This document shows positions 10,367-18,417 of a stretch of DNA of 32,000 nt, in pieces. The translations under genes were made by a program, and so were the position numbers. This DNA is from Desulfocapsa sulfexigens DSM 10523 (lineage in GTDB: Bacteria; Desulfobacterota; Desulfobulbia; Desulfobulbales; Desulfocapsaceae). The stretch spans positions 960,001 through 992,000 of the forward strand of contig NC_020304.1 of the NCBI RefSeq assembly GCF_000341395.1. The letters are read 5' to 3'. Position 1 is the first letter of the stretch. Each line of letters begins with the position of its first letter. The notes under the pieces were generated by a model. The model made no database searches, was not told the DNA's origin, and saw only the letters and a list, made by a program, of their open reading frames with translations.

Positions 10367-11870
10367 CCTACTGCATATACAGAATAATGAACGGCTCAAG
10401 CGAGCCGATATTCCGCATCTTGACTTTAACTCCTTTCGCCAGGAGCTGCTTGATCTTGCCGCCAGTGGTGGTCAAATTGTCCAATTCTTTGCCTATGAGG
10501 ATCAAGGAATCACCAAGTTGCTCGCGGTCATGCGTCACAATGACAAACTCTCTGTTGGTGGCTGTGATGCCCCCGGAGAGCAATTTGCTTCCCTTACCGC
10601 GGAATCAGAAAAATTCCACATGTTTGAACGGGAAATTGGTGAACAGTATGGGCTTAAGGCCGAGGGCCATCCCTGGCTGAAGATGGTTCGTTACCATAAA
10701 AATTACAGTGGGAGAGAGGATGTCTTCGGCAATGATTATAATCAAGATATCCCAGGTAACTATCCCTACTTCACTGTGGAAGGAGAAACCGTCCATGAAG
10801 TCGCAGTCGGGCCGGTTCACGCGGGTATCATCGAACCAGGTCATTTCCGTTTTCAGTGTCACGGCGAACGGGTCTTCCACCTGGAAATCCAGCTGGGCTA
10901 CCAGCATCGTGGTGTCGAAAAACTCCTGCAAAGCGTCCCCTTTAAACGTTTGCCCATCATTGCCGAAACCATTGCCGGTGACACCACCATTGGTCATAGT
11001 CTCTGCCAGGCCCAGGCCATAGAATCACTGGCAAATATCAGAGTGGATGCAGGAGCAAGCTTTGTCCGTGCCATCGCTCTGGAAATGGAACGCATCGCCA
11101 ACCATATCGGCGATCTCGGTGCCCTGAGTCTGGATGTGGCCTTTAATCCTCCAGCAGCTTATTTTGGCAGAATCAGGGGTGAATATCTCAACTTGAGCCA
11201 GATCATCGGCGGGAACCGTTTTGGCCGTGGCCTGATTCGGCCGGGCGGAGTCACTCATGTCCTGGGTGATGAACAGAAGCAACTCCTGAAAGATAAGCTC
11301 GCCGAGTTAACCCCGGAGGTTGAACATGTTAATGATTTGATATTCTCTGCTCCCAGCGTTCTCGGCCGTTTTGATCATACTGGGACGGTCAGTCATGAGA
11401 ACGCTCAAAAAATCGGGCTTGTAGGCTATGCCGGGAGAGCCTGTGGCCTTCCCTATGATGCCAGAGTTGCCTTTCCTACAGAGTGTTATGGTGAACTACC
11501 GGCCAACGTCAACGAAAAAACAGACGGTGACGTCTGCTCCCGGGCTACGGTCAGGCGGGAAGAAATCATACATTCCACCGCATTGATCAACACTTTGCTT
11601 GAAAGAACGCATGAGACGGCAAGCTATATTCCAGAAAGCGTTGAAATGGCGCCCGATTCCTTTGTTGTCTCTATCAATGAGGCTTGGCGTGGAGAAGTTT
11701 CTCACTGTATCCTCACGGATGGAAAGGGTGAGATATTACGCTATAAGGTAAAAGACCCTTCCTTCCACAATTGGACAGGCCTGGCCTTGTCACTCAGGGA
11801 CGAAGGGATTTCTGATTTTCCATTGTGCAATAAGAGCTTTAACCTCTCCTATTGCGGATTTGATATATAA
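10359..11870 (+). CDS. HyfG/NuoCD-like large subunit lacking NiFe ligands
   Basis: Predicted start MANLLHIQ at 10359, giving 503 aa. HFRFQCHGERVFHLEIQLGYQHRGVEKL is characteristic. The expected L1 RxCGxC and L2 DPCxxC are replaced by AETIAGDTTIGHS and DPSFHNW. Confidence 0.88.
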   Translation: MANLLHIQNNERLKRADIPHLDFNSFRQELLDLAASGGQIVQFFAYEDQGITKLLAVMRHNDKLSVGGCDAPGEQFASLTAESEKFHMFEREIGEQYGLKAEGHPWLKMVRYHKNYSGREDVFGNDYNQDIPGNYPYFTVEGETVHEVAVGPVHAGIIEPGHFRFQCHGERVFHLEIQLGYQHRGVEKLLQSVPFKRLPIIAETIAGDTTIGHSLCQAQAIESLANIRVDAGASFVRAIALEMERIANHIGDLGALSLDVAFNPPAAYFGRIRGEYLNLSQIIGGNRFGRGLIRPGGVTHVLGDEQKQLLKDKLAELTPEVEHVNDLIFSAPSVLGRFDHTGTVSHENAQKIGLVGYAGRACGLPYDARVAFPTECYGELPANVNEKTDGDVCSRATVRREEIIHSTALINTLLERTHETASYIPESVEMAPDSFVVSINEAWRGEVSHCILTDGKGEILRYKVKDPSFHNWTGLALSLRDEGISDFPLCNKSFNLSYCGFDI

Positions 11871-11999
11871 GATGGCGTCGTAAAAACTCTCCATCTGCTT
11901 CGTTGCTGTTAAATTTATATAATTACGACGTACCCCACAGTACGCCGAAATCATATACATTCAACGCGCCTCGCATATGGAGTTTTTTTCCTAGCCATC
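11871..11999. repeat. Palindromic intergenic element between the hyfG-like and hyfI-like genes
   Basis: Left arm GATGGCGTCGTAAAAACTCTCCATCTGC pairs imperfectly with right arm GCATATGGAGTTTTTTTCCTAGCCATC. A second short stem CGTAC/GTACG sits in the middle. Confidence 0.7.
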
Positions 12000-12043
12000 T
12001 ATAATTTCAGCTTTTTACGAGCTAGACATATTAAGGTGCATTC

Positions 12044-12787
12044 ATGTTAAAAGTTATAAAAAACAGATTAGAACAGGGGCATCGGACATCCAGATACCCT
12101 AAGGAAGAAATTCAGCTGTATAAGCGCTTTCGTGGCCTGCCAAAGGTGGACAGCAAATGCGATGCCGCCCTTGTTAAGCGTTGCGCAGATGCCTGTCCTC
12201 AGGAATGTATTGACACCAATACCAGAAAGATCGATCTTGGTCGCTGTGTCTTCTGCGGACTCTGTGAAACATTATCAGAGGGACGTTTCGTACAATTCAG
12301 TCAAAACTTTGAGATGGGAACATCAAACCGGGATGACCTCTTCACCCATGGTGACTTACCAGCCCTGGCGGAGCATTCAAAGAAGCATTTCAAAAAACTT
12401 TTTGGCCGTTCATTGCAACTGCGCCAGATCTCAGCTGCGGGTTGTAACGCCTGTGAAGCAGATACCAACGTCTTGAACACCCCATTTTTTGATCTGCAAC
12501 GTTTTGGTATCCAGTTTGTCGCCTCACCCCGTCATGCAGATGGCATCCATGTAACCGGACCTATCTCTGAGAATATGCGTCAGGCCACCATTACTACCTG
12601 GGAGGCTGTACCCAGCCCTAAAGTAGTCATTGCCAGCGGTGCCTGTGCCATTTCAGGAGGGCCATTTTATGGCAGTGACGAGATTGTCGGTGACCTGAAC
12701 AAGCTGATTCCGGTGGATCTTTACATCCCTGGTTGTCCCCCTCACCCTTTAACCACACTGCACGCTCTGCTAAATTATTTCAAGTAA
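12044..12787 (+). CDS. Ferredoxin-like domain fused to HyfI/NuoB-like small subunit
   Basis: 247 aa. N-terminal CDAALVKRCADACPQEC and CVFCGLC Fe-S motifs, then NuoB-like AAGCNACEADTN, ASGACAISGG and IPGCPPHP. Confidence 0.85.
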   Translation: MLKVIKNRLEQGHRTSRYPKEEIQLYKRFRGLPKVDSKCDAALVKRCADACPQECIDTNTRKIDLGRCVFCGLCETLSEGRFVQFSQNFEMGTSNRDDLFTHGDLPALAEHSKKHFKKLFGRSLQLRQISAAGCNACEADTNVLNTPFFDLQRFGIQFVASPRHADGIHVTGPISENMRQATITTWEAVPSPKVVIASGACAISGGPFYGSDEIVGDLNKLIPVDLYIPGCPPHPLTTLHALLNYFK

Positions 12788-12808
12788 CAAAGAGTAGTAG
12801 TTTGTTTT

Positions 12809-12870
12809 AGAAGCCAACCGGGACTTTTCCTCGACATAGGTACCGCCTGTCCTGGCTGGCTTCTTCTTTT
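12809..12870 (+). terminator. Rho-independent-like terminator of the hyf-like operon
   Basis: AGAAGCCAACCGGGAC (12809-12824) pairs with GTCCTGGCTGGCTTCT (12849-12864), followed by a T-tract. Confidence 0.8.
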
Positions 12871-13064
12871 TATCTTTAGCTCCCCCCCTACTCCTGGCCT
12901 TTCCTCGTAGACACTAACATCTCAACTCATAAAAAAAGTTGAGCAAATCCCTCCACAATAGGATCACCCAATAGCATTACTCCTGAAATTCTCTAATAGC
13001 AGCATGCAGTCCCCCCTATTTAATTCTTGACTTTATTAAAAACAGCGCTAAGAATGCAAGCTTT

Positions 13065-13079
13065 GTTACAAATTGCAAC
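13065..13079. promoter_or_regulatory. Third copy of the palindromic motif (GTTACA-AAT-TGCAAC) upstream of the beta-CA
   Basis: Same N3-spaced GTTNCA/TGCAAC architecture as 3144-3158 and 3230-3244. Lies inside the larger palindrome TTGTTACAAATTGCAACAA. Confidence 0.45.
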
Positions 13080-13136
13080 AAAAGTACAATTTTTTTTACA
13101 CACCCTTTACCGCTGATATATCCTAAGGAGAAACGA

Positions 13137-13727
13137 ATGGGAAAATCAATCATGCCAAGCCCTGATCTGGCATTACAGCAGCTTCTGGATGGCAATAAAC
13201 GCTTCACCAGTGCCTCTCTTGCCCATCCCAATCAGGATGGTGAGCGACGTATTTCTCTGGGTAATGGTCAGGCTCCCTTTGCCGCTGTATTAGCCTGTGC
13301 AGATTCACGGGTTCCACCAGAGGTTCTTTTTGACCAGGGCCTTGGCGATCTTTTTGTCGTCCGAGTGGCAGGAAACATCATAAATGACCAGTTGCTGGGC
13401 AGCCTGGAATATGCTGCAGCCCACCTGAACACCCCACTCATCGTGGTTCTTGGACATACAAGCTGTGGCGCTATTGGTGCGGTAGCACAGGGGGTTGAAC
13501 TGGAAGGACATATTGCATCCCTTGCCCCTGCTATTCAACCGGCAATTGATAAAGTCAAAGACCAGGAAGGAGATCTCACTGACAATGCTGCCCGTGAAGT
13601 GGCCAGGATGACGGCCAAACAACTTCAAGAATCTCAGCCCATCATGGCTGACCTGGTCAAAGAAGGTAAATTAAAAATTGTTCCTGCCTTTTATGATTTA
13701 GAGTCAGGCGAAATAGCCCTCCTTTAG
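13137..13727 (+). CDS. Beta-class carbonic anhydrase
   Basis: 196 aa with the zinc/catalytic motifs ACADSRV and GHTSCGA, plus a RVAGNI signature. Confidence 0.95.
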   Translation: MGKSIMPSPDLALQQLLDGNKRFTSASLAHPNQDGERRISLGNGQAPFAAVLACADSRVPPEVLFDQGLGDLFVVRVAGNIINDQLLGSLEYAAAHLNTPLIVVLGHTSCGAIGAVAQGVELEGHIASLAPAIQPAIDKVKDQEGDLTDNAAREVARMTAKQLQESQPIMADLVKEGKLKIVPAFYDLESGEIALL

Positions 13728-13731
13728 ACAA

Positions 13732-13911
13732 ACCTGATTACCATTGATCCTCAGCTTACCCGCCTGAGGAGGAGTTGTTTCGTGTTGATTACATGGGCAT
13801 CTGCGGCCCGGACGGCCGCAGCAGAGCCCCCAGGGATGGGTTTAATGCGTCCCATATAATCGACACGGAACAGCTCCGGGTTGCAAAGCTGAGTTTCGAT
13901 GGTAATCAGGT
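13732..13911. repeat. 180-bp structured repeat, copy A
   Basis: ACCTGATTACCATTGATCCTCAGCTT at one end is inverted as AAGCTGAGTTTCGATGGTAATCAGGT at the other. Inner stems: CGTGTTGATTACATGGG / CCCATATAATCGACACG and CTGCGGCC..GGCCGCAG. Confidence 0.9.
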
Positions 13912-14012
13912 AGACAAATCATACGAGTTCACCCGTTCTATATAGACACTGGTGAACTCTTTTGTTTTATCCCTGTGGCAAGAAACTCCAGAGTACAGCA
14001 TTTACCATCTCT

Positions 14013-15194
14013 TCAGATAACCTGATCGATTTCGATAAATTCCTTCAAATCTGAATTCAGGATATTTTTCAGCTCGGCAAAATTTTCCTCGCGCGTCTCA
14101 GTAAAGAGAAATCCAAAAACAGGATAGCTCGTATAGTCAACTTTTCTGAGTTCCAACACCTGCTCAAAACCAGCCAGAAGCTTTTCATAATCAAAGGATT
14201 TGATAACACTTCCATCTATACCGGTTGAATTATCCAGAACGATAAGACTGAAGAGTTTTCCCTCTTTACCCTGGAGCAACTCATCCCAATCCGGTTTTTG
14301 CTGTGTGTAATAATAGAGATAGGGATTCAACCCATAGGCACTGAAGGTCATGTCAGCGGTTGTGCACCAGCCTCCAAAACGCATGGGGTTCACTTCAATG
14401 GGCAGGAGCATCCCGTTGCTCTCTCTTCTCAATTCGATATGTACAGGAAAGCTTTTCACGTCAGCCAACACACCAATTTTCCCTACAAATTCAGTGAATT
14501 CTGCGAGGTTTTCTTCCACAATTTTCTTTGATGTAGTATAGACTCTATCACTGACATCGCTGTCGGATGCAAAAGTGTGACGGAAAATACTCAGAATAAC
14601 AGGAGTACCGCTTTCGTCGTAATAAGCATCGATTGCAAATTCTTCCCCATTAATACACTGTTCAATAATAAAGGAACTGGTATCCAGTACTTCGTCAGGG
14701 TAGAGGCCCCTGATCTCCTCAATTTCCTGGTAAATTAATGCTACGGTCTTCTGCCACTCCGCACTATTTGCAACCTTATACACGCCCATACTGAAAAAGC
14801 CGACGCTTGGTTTGATAATAAAGGGCAAGGGAATATCCTCAAGTTGCAACTCGTGCAACTCCTCCACAGCAACCTCTCTGAAATAGAGGCCAGGAAAGAT
14901 GGACTGGGTCATTTTCCGAAATTTCCCCTTATCCTTAAACAACTCTATTTTTTCAGGAAGATCACTGAAGGGAAAATGCTTTGCCAACCAGCCGATTGCG
15001 TTCTCAGATGTTGTGTATACCGGAAAAATATCCTGCTCCCGAGCCATTGCAATGGCTTGTTCTTCACTGATCATTTTGGTGCCATCATACAACCCGATCT
15101 CTTTAGCTATCTTGGTTGCAACAACAGGAATTCCGTGATCCCTGACACTCTTTTTAAAAAAATCTGACACATAGGGTTTATCTATAAAAAACAT
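14013..15194 (-). CDS. ATP-grasp domain protein
   Basis: 393 aa. PLPFIIKPSVGFFSMGVYKV, SFIIEQCINGEEFAIDAYYD and LLPIEVNPMRFGGW follow the ATP-grasp carboxylate-amine ligase pattern. Confidence 0.8.
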   Translation of the reverse strand: MFFIDKPYVSDFFKKSVRDHGIPVVATKIAKEIGLYDGTKMISEEQAIAMAREQDIFPVYTTSENAIGWLAKHFPFSDLPEKIELFKDKGKFRKMTQSIFPGLYFREVAVEELHELQLEDIPLPFIIKPSVGFFSMGVYKVANSAEWQKTVALIYQEIEEIRGLYPDEVLDTSSFIIEQCINGEEFAIDAYYDESGTPVILSIFRHTFASDSDVSDRVYTTSKKIVEENLAEFTEFVGKIGVLADVKSFPVHIELRRESNGMLLPIEVNPMRFGGWCTTADMTFSAYGLNPYLYYYTQQKPDWDELLQGKEGKLFSLIVLDNSTGIDGSVIKSFDYEKLLAGFEQVLELRKVDYTSYPVFGFLFTETREENFAELKNILNSDLKEFIEIDQVI

Positions 15195-15705
15195 TCTTCA
15201 TATCCATGGGGTAAGTTTTTCACGCAGTCTGCAGGCCACTCTCATTTCTCTTCCGAACGAAGATATGAAGGATCAGGAACAATGTCAAAACAGTTCTGCA
15301 AATAAAAGCATTAATGAACCCGGTACCTAAAGATGTTCATACTATTTCCCCCGGTGTCAGAAGACAACATTGGTTTCTGAACCTTACGTCCTCACTTCGA
15401 CAATCTTGTCGAGATACACATTGATTGTCGAAGCACCACCTCCCTAAAAGGCACCCACAATTGGATAACATTACGATTTATAAGGATAATAAAAAACAAG
15501 AGCTGTTTGGCACACTTGTTGTAATACCAAAGGCACGGGTCAGGGCAATGCTGTCGGGCGCAGGAAAATTTATCCTTACTCACTGCCAATACAAGAGCAG
15601 AATCATCCTGGAAAGGCCATGATCGCCATAGACGCGCACACGCATTTTATAATTAGCACTCACAACCTTCTCATAAGAGAGGGATAATTTTAAGGAGGAA
15701 TTCCA

Positions 15706-16083
15706 ATGAAATGTTCTACAAAAACTGTCAAAACACTTGTTATTACTGCAGCAATCACACTTATGGCCATCCCTGTTATGGCCGGAAATGGTCATGGCCC
15801 AGGCGACGGTAGTGGAAAATCCGGTTCTGGTCCCAGGGATGGCTCAGGCTACGGTTCGGGAAGTGGCGACTGTCTCAATGCAGCAGGTTTTTATCTGAAC
15901 AGTGATCTGCTTGTACGCGGTGGGAATGGCGGCGGCAATGGTGGTGGAGCCGGGGATGGTTCCGGAGGTGGTGCCGGTGGTAATGGTAATGGTGACGGGA
16001 CTGGCGATGCACCCGGCGATGGTACCGGTAACGGACCCGGTACTGGTTTAGGTGATGGCACCGGGGATTGTCTGGCCTCATAA
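15706..16083 (+). CDS. Secreted glycine-rich protein with two GDCL motifs
   Basis: 125 aa. Sec-type signal MKCSTKTVKTLVITAAITLMAIPVMAG, then low-complexity Gly/Asp/Ser/Asn sequence with GSGDCLN and a terminal GTGDCLAS. Shine-Dalgarno AAGGAGG precedes the ATG. Confidence 0.7.
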   Translation: MKCSTKTVKTLVITAAITLMAIPVMAGNGHGPGDGSGKSGSGPRDGSGYGSGSGDCLNAAGFYLNSDLLVRGGNGGGNGGGAGDGSGGGAGGNGNGDGTGDAPGDGTGNGPGTGLGDGTGDCLAS

Positions 16084-16095
16084 TAATGTTAATGG

Positions 16096-16136
16096 GAACA
16101 AAGAATAGTAATTCACTAGGATTCTATTCTTTGTTC
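16096..16136. terminator. Strong hairpin after the Gly-rich gene
   Basis: GAACAAAGAATAG (16096-16108) and CTATTCTTTGTTC (16124-16136) are perfect 13-bp complements immediately 3' of the ORF. Confidence 0.65.
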
Positions 16137-16285
16137 TCTGCTCCAGAAGAACAACCCGACTGTACCCGAGATATGTACCTTCACTCTCTATCCATATCCT
16201 TGCCCGGATACGATACTCTCCCGGAGGGATATTCTGGTGACTTGAGCTATGCTCTTTCTTCATAATTCGATACATGCATATAAAT

Positions 16286-16465
16286 ACCTGATTACCACTG
16301 AGCCTCAGCTTACCCGCCTGAGGAGGAGTTGTTTCGTGTTGATTATATGGGCATCTGCGGCCTGGACGGCCGCAGCAGAGCCCCCAGGGATGGGTTTATG
16401 GCGTCCCATATAATCGACACGGAACAGCTCCGGGTTGCAAAGCTGAGTTTCGATAGTAATCAGGT
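16286..16465. repeat. 180-bp structured repeat, copy B
   Basis: Same length and orientation as 13732-13911, differing at about 7 positions by eye. Confidence 0.9.
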
Positions 16466-16511
16466 ATAAATATATCGAATGGCAAATATAATTTTCAGGG
16501 AGGGCAATTAA

Positions 16512-17531
16512 TTATTCCAGCCGCCTTTTCCCATCTCTTAAAAACCAGGGTTCCAGTCCGCCGGTCAGAATTTCTACTCCACCACTGTTTACAAGGATGG
16601 TATGTTCAAACTGGGCGCTTAGAGCGAGATCCGCTGTAACCGTCGTCCAATTGTCATTCCACACCCTGGCGCCATGGCCCCCGCAATTGATCATGGGTTC
16701 AATAGTGAAGGTCATCCCCTCTTCCATAACAGCCTTATTTTCCGGGTCATAGGAGTGGGCCACAAAGGGAAACATATGGAAATGCTCACCAATACCATGA
16801 CCGCCATAGGGACGGAAAACGACATAGCCGTATTTGGCGGCGTGGGCTTCAATGACCCGCCCGATTTCGTTGAAGCGCTGCCCCGGTCTGACAACATCGA
16901 TCCCTTTCATCAGGCATTCCCAGGTACACTGAACCAGGGAAAACGCCTCCTCGGTCACGTCACCGACCAGTACTGTCTCGGAGCAGTCACCATGCATGCC
17001 ATCAATATAAACGGTCACATCACAGTTAATAATGTCACCATTTTGCAACTTTCTACTGTCAGGGATACCATGCAATATTACCTCGTTCACAGAAGTACAG
17101 ATTGACTTGGGAAATCCCATATAATTCAAAGGACTCGGATATGCTCCATGTGCTATTGCAGCCTCATGGGCAATTTCATCCAGTGCATCGGTGCTCACAC
17201 CGAGTTCAACTGCCGCAAGCACACTATCCAGTACTTTCCTTGCAACCCCACCTGCCCTGCGCATTCGACTGATTTCATCATCGGATTCTTTTTTACAGGA
17301 CTTCCCTGAATTACCGGTCTTTCCTGTTATGGCATACTCAGGGAGAAATATATGGTCAGGAACCCTTCGTGGAAGGCTTAGTGTACCTGGACCGACAGGT
17401 GCCTTTCCGGCAACCAACTCGTTAGCATCAGGCGGAACCGTTTCTCCCTTTTGGTCCGAACGCAAATGACACCTCTTATATTTTTTACCACTGCCACACC
17501 AGCAGAGTTCATTTCTTCCAGGTACAATCAT
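16512..17531 (-). CDS. map: Methionine aminopeptidase type I with N-terminal SEC-C zinc motif
   Basis: Predicted start MIVPGRNELCWCGSGKKYKRCH (SEC-C), inside ORF 16512-17600. MAP motifs: INCDVTVYIDGMHGDCSET, GHGIGEHFHMFPFV and MTFTIEPMI. Confidence 0.93.
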   Translation of the reverse strand: MIVPGRNELCWCGSGKKYKRCHLRSDQKGETVPPDANELVAGKAPVGPGTLSLPRRVPDHIFLPEYAITGKTGNSGKSCKKESDDEISRMRRAGGVARKVLDSVLAAVELGVSTDALDEIAHEAAIAHGAYPSPLNYMGFPKSICTSVNEVILHGIPDSRKLQNGDIINCDVTVYIDGMHGDCSETVLVGDVTEEAFSLVQCTWECLMKGIDVVRPGQRFNEIGRVIEAHAAKYGYVVFRPYGGHGIGEHFHMFPFVAHSYDPENKAVMEEGMTFTIEPMINCGGHGARVWNDNWTTVTADLALSAQFEHTILVNSGGVEILTGGLEPWFLRDGKRRLE

Positions 17532-17576
17532 TAACACCACTCTCCATATGTATTCCCTGTCGATCCACCACTCAAA

Positions 17577-17603
17577 CAGTAAGAAGGAATGACTCAACAC
17601 TCT
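17577..17603 (+). repeat. Left 27-bp near-direct repeat flanking the integron region
   Basis: CAGTAAGAAGGAATGACTCAACACTCT; 25/27 identical to 23936-23962. On the minus strand it reads ...SVESFLLTV*. Confidence 0.8.
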
Positions 17604-17785
17604 GAGTCACTTCTCCCCTACGGCCTACAAGATACGCTGAGCTTTGCTCAGCGCAACGGCCGGTGTCAGCTGCCCCAAGCAAATCTGTGGACCAAATTTG
17701 TGCGAAGAGAAATGATCCAAGAACGGAAAAAGTACATTCGAAGAACCGCGCTACCCAAGGTCAGCTGGATACCATTGATAACCAA

Positions 17786-18070
17786 TTATTTTCGTTTTTT
17801 CGCCTTTTTATAGACTAAATTTTTGTCTCTTTTGCCGATAGCAATTACGTAAACAAAAACTTCTTCATCAACTACTTCATAAACAAGCCGGTATCCGCTT
17901 GCTCTGAGTTTAATTTTGTAGTGGTTCTCAAATCCAGACAGGCGACTACCAGAAACATGTGGCGATTCTAGGCGTTCTTTTAATTTTTTCTTGAATTGTG
18001 ATTGTATAGTGTTGTCTAGTTTTTTCCATTCCTTAAGGGCGGTTGGGAGGAATTTTAATTTATAGCTCAT
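17786..18070 (-). CDS. RelE/ParE-family toxin
   Basis: 94 aa. MSYKLKFLPTALKEWKKLD and YKIKLRASGYRLVYEVVDEEVFVYVIAIGKRDKNLVYKKA are typical of RelE. Confidence 0.92.
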   Translation of the reverse strand: MSYKLKFLPTALKEWKKLDNTIQSQFKKKLKERLESPHVSGSRLSGFENHYKIKLRASGYRLVYEVVDEEVFVYVIAIGKRDKNLVYKKAKKRK

Positions 18071-18311
18071 CTAGTGTAATTTCCACAGCTGAGATTTTTT
18101 CAATTTCCCTTTCTTTTACTATAATTCCTAGTTGGTGATCCTCTAGTCTTTCCAGTAGTGCTTCATATGTTTCTGCTGGAATTAAATATGCAGTCGGCTT
18201 GTTGTGATTGAGAATAGCGATTGGTTCACCATCTGACTGATCTATCAAAGCAGAAGGGTTTTTCTTTAATTCTGATATACTTGCTGAGCGGCTTGCTAGT
18301 ACTGATTCCAT
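18060..18311 (-). CDS. Phd/YefM (StbD/RelB-like) antitoxin
   Basis: 83 aa, overlaps the toxin ORF. SISELKKNPSALIDQSDGEPIAILNHNKPTAYLIPAETYEALLERLED. Confidence 0.9.
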   Translation of the reverse strand: MESVLASRSASISELKKNPSALIDQSDGEPIAILNHNKPTAYLIPAETYEALLERLEDHQLGIIVKEREIEKISAVEITLDEL

Positions 18312-18392
18312 TGATTCACCTATAATATGATTTTTTATTATGGTTTAATTATAGGTCTTAATTGTGGTCTTGTCGAGTTTTATCATTTTTCT

Positions 18393-18413
18393 GCTTAACG
18401 GTCGCTGTTGAGC
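18393..18413 (-). other. Possible degenerate attC 3' end
   Basis: Minus strand reads GCTCAACAGCGACCGTTAAGC, with GTTAAGC fitting GTTRRRY. No full L''/R'' partner was found. Confidence 0.35.
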
Positions 18414-18417
18414 AAAT

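Noticed and set aside
12132-12476. Alternative-frame ORF inside the HyfI-like gene
   Set aside because: Lies inside a well-supported coding sequence in a different frame; no recognisable domain.
10359-12787. Genuine NiFe hydrogenase-4
   Set aside because: Neither RxCGxC nor DPCxxC is present in the large subunit; the sequence reads AGDTTIGHS and DPSFHNW instead.
15425-15622. 65-aa plus-strand ORF upstream of the Gly-rich gene
   Set aside because: Overlapped by an antisense ORF of equal length and no recognised motif; cannot be separated from chance.
15941-16070. CRISPR or tandem DNA repeat array (GGNGG / GACGGNAC periodicity)
   Set aside because: The periodicity follows the codons of the Gly-rich protein, without conserved repeats and spacers.
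15875-16081. Antisense His/Arg-rich ORF (MRPDNPRCHHLNQYRVRYRYHRRVHRQ...)
   Set aside because: It is the mirror of the low-complexity GGN/GDG codons of the sense Gly-rich gene, which has a signal peptide and SD.
17589-17813. 74-aa plus-strand ORF between map and the toxin gene
   Set aside because: It starts inside the 27-bp flanking repeat, whose better reading is the minus-strand hydrolase-tail remnant, and overlaps the RelE gene end.
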